A stretch of 64,000 nt of DNA from Trichinella spiralis (lineage: Eukaryota): NCBI RefSeq assembly GCF_000181795.1, contig NW_003526948.1:3340014-3404013 (forward strand), given 5' to 3'. A model generated the notes under the pieces. That model was not told the origin of the DNA. It ran no database searches and saw only the letters and a program-made list of their open reading frames with translations. The position numbers were made by a program, and so were the translations under genes. How positions within the stretch are numbered: the stretch's first letter is position 1; each line of letters starts with the position of its first letter. Below, one piece after another: positions 26,259-37,240 of the stretch.

Positions 26259-27493
26259 GTGATGGTAAAAAAATTGTGGATAAAAACTGCGGAAAAAGAT
26301 TTCAATGTGGTCAAATTGGTCAAATCAGGACAACAGCACAACAAACACACCGTGCAAGAGCCGAATTTGGAGCGAACAATTGCATCGCATGCTGCAGTGC
26401 TAGCTGAAACAGTTTTTGTTGCCCACCAAACGACCTGAATGGTCATTCAACAAATCAGGACATTTTCACGTTGGAATTGCGAAGAATTGAAAAGTGAAGA
26501 CGAACAACGCTTTGGTGTTCAAGAAGCATCGAGGTCCCATTAGACGTGCGGCACAAATTTTCAACTGAACTAATAACTGCTGCCTGTTCGACGAAGAACC
26601 ATCAAACGACAAATGCGAACGTGAATTCATTTTTCGGTAATTCAGTCGATTATTTTCGCTTGAATTTACAAAAATTTTTTGAAATTAAAACTAATAATCA
26701 AGTTACATCGTTGGGATTACGGTCACTGTCTTCAAGTAGAACTGTGTGCGGGAGAAAAATAAAAAAAATAATACTAATAATAAAAGTATTTTAAAAAATT
26801 AATCACTCTAAATAAAAAAAGTAAAAAGAAAAATTACTGAAAAATTATTATTATTATTATCATTTGACTTGGATAAAATGTTTTCGTTTTTCGCGTTGAC
26901 CAATCAAAATCACCGCCAGAATGCGCAAGCGTCGTTCGTCAGCAGTGGGAGGGGTGAAAATCTCGAAATCGACGAAAAGCCAAGAAAAGCTACTCGGCTA
27001 ACTCGCATAGAGACAGACTAACAGCAGCGCCCCCACTGCTCATTGGTCAGCTACAACCTGCTCGCCCGGGCTCAGTCCAATTTCTCGTGTTGTTCCCGGC
27101 TGCCGGCGTTGTGCATAAACGCTCCTGCCATTAGTCCACAGCGTGGCCGTGGTAGGTGACGACGTAGCAATTCCAAGACCAACCCGAGTAAATTAACGCT
27201 CCAAAGAAGCATCGTCGAGCGGGTCGAAAATTCACACACTTGACCGGTTTGCCTTTTACAATTCGCTGTGAGTGAAATCGTCCAGGTTCCGATTTTTTTT
27301 ATTCCACTTGTTCCGCAAAAATTTTCCTACTCTATTTGAACAACAACAACAATATGGCGGCTTCAACAAGGCATATATATCATATATGTTGAAACGCCGT
27401 ACTGTTATTCAAAATATTATTATTATTATTATTATTGTTATTGTTATTGTTATAAATCGTACGATTGCTTGATCAAACTTTCAGAACAGTAAT

Positions 27494-28300
27494 ATGGCAA
27501 GAATGTTAAGTCCACCTCACATCCCCTCCCAGTACAGAAACATGCGAATGGCGTTGACGTTTGCAGTGCTGCAACGTCATTTTGATGCTGCCAGAATTTT
27601 GTTGCAGAACGGGGCGGATCCAAATCTCGAATGCAGGGACGACTGCGGTATCATACTGCCGCCGCTGCAAATTGCCTGCTGGGAAAGAGATGTGCGTATG
27701 GCCAGATTACTGCTTGAATTTGGTGCCGACGTAAATAAGGCGGTATTCAATCGGACGGCGCTGACAGTCGCCATTGACGTGAGGAGCCGCGAATTGGTGG
27801 AGTTGCTCATTGAATTTAAGATTCGGCTGGGCGACGGCAGCGGCGATTGGAAACATTGCCCGTTGCATTTTGCCTGCAAGTTCGCCTCGCGTTCCGGCCT
27901 GGCTGAGGTGCTGCTCAGTCACGGGTGCATGCCCCTGGTGAATGACGAAGACGATGAAGGCAAGGATGCGCTAACTTATAGTTTGGAAAATCATCAGCTA
28001 AAACTCAGCATTATGCTGATCAAAGCCGGTGCCAAAGTCAAAGAAAAGCATCTTGCAATTTTCAACAGAGCTGCTTCCATCGCGCAGACCGAAGCATTGG
28101 CAGGAATCAACGAGCAACAAAAAAAGTACTTGATGGACAGTCTCCAAAATTGGAAATGTGTTAAATCGTTAAAACATTTGGCCGCAGTTGCAGCTAAAAG
28201 ACACATGTTCCACTCTAACAACTGGGATAGCATAATCGATGAAATTCAATTTGCCAATATTCCAGAAACTTTGAAACAATTATTATTACTCCGAGATTAA
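27494..28300 (+). CDS. Ankyrin repeat and SOCS box protein (ASB-like), uninterrupted ORF
   Basis: 268 aa; ankyrin motifs LLQNGADPN, PPLQIAC..LLLEFGADVN, TALTVA, CPLHFAC; C-terminal SLKHLAAVAAK...IPETLKQLL SOCS-box-like; TTTTCAG just upstream of the ATG. Confidence 0.88.
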   Translation: MARMLSPPHIPSQYRNMRMALTFAVLQRHFDAARILLQNGADPNLECRDDCGIILPPLQIACWERDVRMARLLLEFGADVNKAVFNRTALTVAIDVRSRELVELLIEFKIRLGDGSGDWKHCPLHFACKFASRSGLAEVLLSHGCMPLVNDEDDEGKDALTYSLENHQLKLSIMLIKAGAKVKEKHLAIFNRAASIAQTEALAGINEQQKKYLMDSLQNWKCVKSLKHLAAVAAKRHMFHSNNWDSIIDEIQFANIPETLKQLLLLRD

Positions 28301-29583
28301 CTTCACCGAATTATTCATTCATCGAATCGTTCATCTACTTCACGATTTTACTTTTACTGTACTGCAGTACCTGCATTACATTAACCATCATTCGTGGTAT
28401 GGGCTTTTGAATATTTGCATTTTTATAAATTGGGAAAAGGAATAAAAATTATCTTTTACGAATGAAAAACTATCTGGCGTTTCATTTCATCCGAATCATA
28501 ATTTTTACCAACTGAGTGTTATGATGATCATCACACATTAAGTACACGACATCATATTAAAAACTATTACAATAAGCAGAGGAAATTGTAAAGATAGTGA
28601 AAACATTAAAAAAACATTTTCAATTAAACTGCTATATGACAAAGCATTACAGCCATAGTAATTAAAATATATTTAAATAATTGTTAAAACAAATTTGTCC
28701 AATAAATTTCCCCTTCATTGTACAAACTCAACACAATATAACAAACTATATTACGTTATAACGTTGAGTAATTAGTTTGATTAAATAACAACAAATATTT
28801 ATAAAACAATTCGATCAAGCGGTGACAGTTGCTGCAATTGTCTACTTCCAAGCAAAATCTTCAAAACATTCTGACAGTATGAACATCTACAGAATTTCTT
28901 TTAGCCTGAACCATTATCTCGTTTGTGTACTGTTACGAAATTTAAGTTGTGCAATAATTACAATTGAATAAATATTTAACAAAATAGATGCAAAATGGAA
29001 ATTATGTCAAACATTTTACGTTACCTTTTTCATTGTTTCAGCTTGTATTAAATGAAATTTATGGTATATTCAACATGTTTTGAAGAAACCCAAACGTTTC
29101 GTACAAAAAAAATTATATTTTTTTCACTGTTTAATTATTATATCTACAGTAAGAAACAGTGTCAAGATCAAATAGAATCCAACAAATATAGAGGGAATTT
29201 TCAAACAATTATGATTGCTAAATGGTGCAATTTGAATTTCATTCAACAGTTGTTCCCTTAATACTTAAATATTTCCAACTTTGTACTTTCAAAAAGAATA
29301 TCACAAAAAACCAATAATCAGGCCTGTTTGACATTGCACATATTATACATAATGAAATGCAATTAACGGCGAATGAGAAACTGCGATAGGATTGTAATAT
29401 TAAATAAAAAAGAAAAAATACACTTCATTTTCTTTATTTAAATTTTTTCAAAAACTGAATTTTTTTACTATTAAAAAACAAAAAGCAGTTGCCTAACTGC
29501 CCAGTTGCACACTTAACTGTCAACTGCCATAAAGCAGAAGAGAAAATATAAATCAAAATTACAATCAATAGATTAGTTGATCA

Positions 29584-30152
29584 TTAATATAAGTCATCAC
29601 GATAACATTCGTTGACCATTAATGAAAGAAAGCCTGCAGACTGCAACGCCAACAACTCTGAAAAACCTACAAAACAACAACACTTTAAACTGGATGAAAA
29701 ATACCTCGGAAATAAAATGACAAAACTTTCACTTTCAATCAACTACTACTTTATGAATATACTATTTTAACTCAAAACAATTTATCAAAACAAAATGTGA
29801 AAAACATTATATGACAAAGTAGAATAACGATCACCTCCAACAAATTTGCCGCATATGAATATTTGTGGAACGGTGCTCCAACCAGTTTTCGAAGTAACAG
29901 CTTTGAAAATGTCGTTTCCACCAGTTATTTGATTTAATTCATAAAATCGTGCTGGTATCTTTTCATCTTTAAGCAATTGTCTGGTCTTGATACAAGCAGG
30001 ACATGTACTTTTCGAATAAATCACCACTGGATCTTTGGCGAGCTAAAATAACTACATTGGTTATGTGCAAAACACTCGTATGATGTGAAAAATCATCAGA
30101 CTTGCTCTTGCAGAACAACATTCATGTTCTTTCTACTAACTGCGCTACCCAT
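29584..30152 (-). CDS. Dithiol glutaredoxin (3 exons: 30152-30102, 30042-29835, 29666-29584)
   Basis: VVIYSKSTCPAC, TVPQIFICGKFVGG and FSEL motifs; canonical splice sites keep the frame. Confidence 0.93.
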
Positions 30153-30941
30153 GACTGGAAAAATTATATTTTCAAATAATAATCGATATAAAAAATATTT
30201 TACAGTAAAATTATTACAGTAAGCCACCAGGAAAGTGAGATGGGTGGAATCAAACTGGGCAAGTTATTGCCAAAATTAACAAACGCTTTGAATATTGAAA
30301 TCAACAGAACATCTGTTACATTACAAATAAAAAACAAAGAAAAACAAATATGGAGAATAGTTAAAACTTCATTTGTATAACATGATGACAACGTTATTTT
30401 TAATTTCTATTGAATGGCTATACAAAGTGTGAACTTGTTGAATTAACAAAAAGTAAATATTTAAGTTTTTTTTTCAAAAATTAATAAAAAGTGAAATTTT
30501 TAAATTAAAAAAAAATTGAGTTTTTTAAAACATTTACTCCATATATCATGCCATAGCATTAATAAAACTCACTTGCACAACTTTCGCTGGCAGCTTTGTA
30601 AATACGTTTAGCTAAATACAAAATAAAATTTACAATATCCTGTAATTACATGTATGTAATGACAATTTTACATTAAAAAATGCCATTTTTTGCAGTTAGA
30701 ATCATTTCAAACATGTTGCATTTGAAGCTTCACAATTTATTCGTGAATACCATGTTACTGTATTAGAAAGTTTCTTTCAAGGACAACGGAAATGACAAAG
30801 TGTTTATTCAAAGGTTTTTTTGTAGTGTTGAATGAATATTGAAAGTGTTTCATTTAAGAAATTTAGGTGTATTTAAAAATTAACAAAATTACTGTTTAGA
30901 TATAGATACAGAATTCATTTTTCCTATTGCTGCTGTATTAG

Positions 30942-32075
30942 ATGACTTCTCAAACAAGAACGTACGCTGATTTGGAGAAAATTGGTAACATAAAGTAAGT
31001 TATTTTTATTTGATTTATACTTTTTCAAAGAAATATTTTTATCATACGTCGTTATAATTGATAATTTTTTAACGAATTTTTGAATATTTTCGTATTTTTT
31101 TAGATGCAAACTTGATAAACTGGAGGAAGTGCTGGGCATGTTTAGTAAGGAAGTGGGATTTTGTAAGACAGAATCTTTACATCTAACAGAATATATGAAT
31201 GAATTGAAAAATCTGACTCAAGAAAAGCTTGCTCACGTTGAAGAACTGCGTCAAATTAATTGCGACATCAATCAAGTAAGATGAAATTTTAATGTACTAC
31301 TCTTGTTCAATAGATGATATTTGTTGATCATCATATTGATTACAGTTTTTTGATTTACGACATGATCATTTTACTGTTTATTATGGAAGTTACTTTTGTT
31401 TTCATGATGAAATATTTTTCAAGCTCGAAACTGCTATCAAACAAGCTCAAAATGAACAAATGAAAGCTATGGAAGATGCCCGTCGACATTTAGCCGAACT
31501 GTTGCCACTGAAAGAAGAAATCAATCGGCTACGTTTGTCCATAAATCAAGAACCACTTCCTGACAATATTATTAGCGAAGAAACAATATCACTGTTAGTG
31601 ATGATGAATTCGCCAGTGATTCATCGTTTTTGTAACTTTTATGATTTCCAGGCTGTTGCAATTTGAACAGCAAAATTCACCGATGCGTTTTTGGTATCCA
31701 GAAGTTGGCAGTGGGAATGCAACATCTTTGCCATTGTTGGGCTGTCAGTCGAAAAGTGTCAATCCAGTACTTGACAATTCAATTCCTGACCAAGTATCTT
31801 TTTCACAAAGGCCAACAACTTCGAATTTTCCATTCAGCATTGCTGAATTGTCCATGTCGACTTCATTTTTGAAACAGCAACCTCCTCCAATGAAGGTGAG
31901 TTTGTGGCGTTGTCAATCAGTCAGTGAGTGAATAATAATTGCACATTGCTTGTTGTAGACATGCACTAGTTGCCAACAGCAGATTCATCGCAATGCGCCT
32001 ATATGCCCGTTATGCAAATCGAAGAGTCGTTCGAAAAATCCGAAAAAAGCGAAAGCGAGGAAAACCAGTGGCTAA
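30942..32075 (+). CDS. ZC4H2: Zinc finger C4H2 domain protein (vab-23-like)
   Basis: [19 protein letters not shown] coiled coil; [37 protein letters not shown] is the diagnostic C-terminus. Confidence 0.95.
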
Positions 32076-35000
32076 TTGAATTAAAAAAAACGTTTTTTCA
32101 CTACATTACAGTGTGCTTGTTTCAGTTTATTCACATTTGATAATACTTATTCAAATAATGTAACTGTTAACCTTTTATCCGTTGACGCATGAATATTGGA
32201 ATTGTTTTTCTTTCGAAAAAGTTCTACTCTTTTATCCAGAAATTATCAAATTAACAGATACAATAAAAACTGAAATGAATAATAAACAGTTGTTTGAAAA
32301 TCCAAATCACACACCGAAGTAAGAATTCTGAACGCATTTTAAGAGAAAATCAAATGAGTAATAAACAATAACAATAAAGGGTGAAGAAGAAACTGCGACA
32401 AGTCGTTTCACAGAAGCAGTGAAGTGTTGAAGTTGAAAAATGCGAGTTGCAGAACAGTAGCAGACGTTGAAAAAATTGGAAACCAGCCGAGGACGCGGAA
32501 AAAAATATATGTATACCAAGCAGATGTTTTTTGCATTGTTGTTGTGGCGTTGCGTGTGCGCATGCACTGTATGTGCAGCAGCAGCAAAGAGAAGCATTGT
32601 GAAATGGACCGCACGTTTCCGCGTTCGAAAATTTTCCGCTCACATTTTGTTGTCGTGTGCATGCGCGTGTTGTTTTTCTGTTTTTGTTGTTGTTTTTATG
32701 CAAAAGTTTGTTTTTTACTTGTTGTTCAAGTGGAGTGATAGAAAAAAGCAAATGCGTCGACGCTAACATCAGCCGCGGCTTGCCAGTCGGGCCGCATCTT
32801 GTCCGGCCTGACGTGCACAACAGACCGGCGACGTGATTCACCACAGCACCGGCGGTCGAAGTAGAGGAAAAATATTTGCATTTCTATTCTGCTTCCATAT
32901 ATTGCAGTTGTTCTTGCACAACAACTCGCGTACAAACAGTGCACGAGTTGTTCAACTGTACAGTTCAACTGCGTGCGATTTGTTCAAATCCAACCAGGTC
33001 GAAAAATTCATATCCGGTAAGCAAGTAGCAATGTGGCCGGGAAAATATTTTCTTTTTGTCTAGTTTTTATTTTTCAAAAAAAATAATAAGAAAAAATTAA
33101 TAATTAATTATCATTTACATTTGTTTGTTTGTTTGTTTGTTTCTGTCGACTTTGTCTGTTCGCTTGGACATTCAATCTTACGGTAGTTTTGCTTCTTACT
33201 GTAGAAGGAGTTTCGTCAGTTCTACGGCCTCAACTGACCTAGCAAAAAGCCGTGCGACGTCTGGCACCGCGCGCGTCATCGATCGATAAAACCGATGACT
33301 CATCTTCAGCTTTATTTATTTATTTACTTATAATTTTTTTGAATTTTTGTTTTTTACACGCAAAAAAAGAACATGCAAACAATGACGACGCTGCTTTGTT
33401 TTTGTTGTTTGTTCGCGTGTAGTTTTATTCAAAAATTACCAAGCATTTTCTTGTCAGACTGGCGTTTCAAGCAAAATTAAAACAAACATTAGCATCAGAT
33501 TTAAAACAACAACATGTGCAGAATAACACAGCAAACCCAACAATCAAACATGCCGGGGCAAATGGAGGGGAAAAGCATAGGAATTGAGAATTTTGTTTTT
33601 GTTTTTGTTGTTGCTGTTGCTGTGTGTGTAGAAAAATGCGTCAAGTCGATCGAATCAGCCCTGCTTGGACTGCTGTATGGTGAGAAAAAATAAATGGCCG
33701 TGCCAATCTGCGCATCTCGAAACAAGAATGTTGGCCGAATGTTGTTTATTTTTTTGTTTGTTTGTTTTTTTGTTTACTTTTTCGTTTGCTTCAAGAACGT
33801 TCAGTTCACGGCATCGAAAATTGTGCCTATTTTATTTTTCAAAAAACAACCGCCTTTGCTTTTCAACTGCCGTATTGGAGCAGCAGGGGCGTTGCTGGTT
33901 CACTGTAGGTTTTGTCGACGGCATGCAGGAGCGAACAAATTGTTCTTTCCCCCCCACACAACCTACCCATTCTCCCACCCACTCCGCTCTCCATCGTTGT
34001 TAGCTGGTGAATTTCAGCTTGCTGCTATTCACAATTGGAAAATGCAATGTTCAGCTACGAACCGGCCCGTCCAAAATTGCTGCCCTTGAACCTGCACAGA
34101 AATTGTATTTTACCAGTTTTTGAGGAAAAAAGCGAACAGAGAAAAAAAATAAACAAGAAAATAATAGCATTTCGTCACTTTTTCTTGAAAAGTAAAAGTG
34201 CAAAGTATACCAGATGTCTAGACCATTTTACGAGCGCGTCTGGGTTTGCTTGTGGAAATTACTTCTACTTTTGGCAAAGTTGACTTATGGTGACAGAAAA
34301 GAAATGTTAATCATACATCGTATTTCAATAAAAAGAAATTATCGTGCTGGTGGTAGAGATTTTTGAAGTAAAAAATTGTTGATAATATATATATATATAT
34401 ATAATTTTGCACTTGTTTGGTGAAATTTTGAAACTGTCAATGAAACTTTTCACTGGGCAATTAAGTGAAAAGCAAGTTCTTAAGACAGGGCTGTAGAATT
34501 GAATTAATGCTGATCGATAATGAAGAATTTTTGAAAAAAAGCGAATGAGAGGGAGAAAAAGAAAAAACTATTTCCCTTTATTTTGCAGTCATTTACAACA
34601 AAACAAGAAGGGCAGATTGGATGTTTGTTTGAAGCATGCTTTTGGAAAAGTTTGTGCTTGTTCACCTTGTTCAGCGTGTTCAAGCTACGCCACGTCGCCT
34701 GGTGAAGCAATTTTGATTTTCGGCACCAATCGAAGCTTCTGCTTTTCCCCCACAACACTGGTTTATTTCATTCCATTTCGTGATTTCATTTTTTTCCACA
34801 TCATACTAATGGAAGAATGAAGTTCATGTGACAGACAAATGTTTTTGCATACGAAGCTTTCCAGGTTTCGGTTCAGTTTTTTCTCCCCTTTTTTTCCATC
34901 CCAGTCAATGGAAGGAGAACAAAGAACGTCTGCTGGTTTGAAAAGCTGTTTTTTAGATAATTTTCAAAATTTGTCTAATTGAAAAGTAAACTGCTCAACA

Positions 35001-37149
35001 TGCGTTTCATATTTCTTTTCCTTTTCCGACGAATGTAGCTCATCTGTTGGCGTCTTTCTTTTTTTCTCTTTTTTGCAATCTTAATTCCCATCACCAATCC
35101 TCAAACGTTAGCATATATCTGTCCACAACAGGTAGGAAATTTGAACATTAAATTTCAAAGTAAAACAATTACAGAATAATATTACGATAATCAGGTTAAT
35201 AAATGCAGAGTACGAATAATTTTCATTTTTTTTCACATTCATTAAAAATTCAATAGTTTCCTTTTTTGCACGTCTCATCATAATTTGATCAATATACTAT
35301 ACGTGAAAAATATGAACCTGACAATCAAAAAACAATGTGAATATAAACTTGGCAGTTGTATGATTTTTTCACAAAAAACAAAGCACACAAAAAGAGTTTT
35401 CTTTTTCTCAATCTGCATACAACTCACGCGCTGTTGATCGAACATCTGTTGTCCAATCAGATGCATGAAAAACGTCTGAACGTTGTATGCAGATATTGAA
35501 CGCATCATTCGCCGTGGGATAAGCTTTACCAAATGTTTATCACAATGACGTGACGTGTCAAGCGGGTGGCAAAAAAACTAAAATAAACAACCAAGAGCTG
35601 GAAGCGTTACTCAATTTTTTCAGTTTTGTTTTGGCCTTTCAAATTTTTTCTGACTTTGGCTTGCACATTTCGATGCCATCCGGATGTACAACGTTGGCGA
35701 GATCGGCTGCTCAATTTGGCGCGCAGCGGTTTACCATTGGCTGACTTAACCGAATGGTATTGATTACAAGCGATCGGATTCCGCGTGCAATTTCGCGACG
35801 TTTTTTTCAATTTTTTTCTGTTTTATTTTATTTATTTTTTGTTCAATTTTATTATTTTTCACTTAATTATCATGAAAATTTCTTAATTTCTTTTTCAAGC
35901 GTCGCTTAACAACATTAAATAGCAAAAACTCCGCCAAGTGTAGTATTTATTGACAAAAACTCTCCCTTGGTCAGATATCAACTTCAGCATTTCGTCCAAG
36001 TAGTTTATTCTTCAACATTTCCCTGTCATCATCCAAATTATTAAGCTCCAATAAATGAAGGTAAATTTCATATTATTTGAATTGGTTTTGGCCGTTTCTT
36101 TTACTTTTGCTAAACAAACTCTTATAACCATATTCTGGATGAATTCCAATGTACAAAATCTCAGGTTATTGCTTTTAATTTGTGCTGAAGTATTCCATTT
36201 ACTTTTACACGCATACTTCATTGTCCACTGGTGGTGTTTTTTGCCGTCTTCAACCTATCGATTGAACGATAAAGAATATTTCATTTTTATTGTTGATGAT
36301 AAAAGGAAAATTTGATGATCGACTTGTTTTATTCAAATTTCAAATTAGTATTTTTAGTTTAATATCATAAATGAATCAGTACTTTTTGTTCGTTTTATTT
36401 CAACGTCGACCAAGTGTTATTGGAAAATCGATATTCCCAAAAATGACCTTTGAAAAATTGTATTGTTATAAAAAAATAAATTGTGTGTGTGCGTGAGATA
36501 ATGAGAGAGGGAGGGAGAGAATATATATGCATATATATATGTGAGGGGTGAGTGACGCAGAGTATAGTATAGATATTGAAGTTTTTGAATCGTTCTCAGC
36601 ATAAGTGAAAAAAACATGTGAAAAAAAGTTAGCCGTCGTTTGAAGCAATTTTTCCTCGTCCATCTGGTCGTCGAAATCAATGCCTTGAAAGAATAAGAAG
36701 TTCGGGGATATAGATAGGGAGGAGGGGGTGGGGTGTGGTGGAAAACATTTCCACGCTACTGGTTAAAACATGCATCACGCTTTCAGTGGGCGAACATGAT
36801 ATTAAAATGAAAAAAACATTGTTTATCAGAACTGCTGCGGTTTCGGTCAACGGCAGAATTGGTGAGACAGAGCTGCTAGTACTGGGGGAATGGGGCAGGC
36901 AGTATTGCGCGCCGTATGCTGAGAGAACGCCGTCCTTTGTCCGTCTCTGCTCATGCCCATTGGTCAACCAGGTATTGACAAAATTATTAGCTGTTGCGTT
37001 TGCATTTATTTTTATGCTTTACAAATTCTATAATTATATTTGAATTTTTTTGTTTTTTGATCACTGCAACGTAATAGTAAAGTTCTAACTACGTGGCGTG
37101 TTTTCCAAATACACCACCGCCCCCAGGTCTCTGCTTGCCTCACCAGTGC

Positions 37150-37240
37150 CCGGTGCGTGGGTATATGTTTATTTTTTCGAAAAATTTTTCAGCTTCTTCT
37201 TTACACTTTTCCATTTCGACTTCAAAACTCCCACGCATTT
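37150..37240. promoter_or_regulatory. Pair of EGR-like sites upstream of NAB
   Basis: GCGTGGGTA (+, 37155-37163) and GCGTGGGAG (-, 37228-37236) versus the consensus GCG(T/G)GGGCG. Confidence 0.35.

Noticed and set aside
26174..26446. Poly-Asn and poly-Ile ORFs
   Set aside because: Products of the (AAT)n microsatellite.
32307..34283. Many overlapping 75-165 aa ORFs
   Set aside because: No domains, low-complexity composition, ORFs on both strands; best read as non-coding regulatory DNA.
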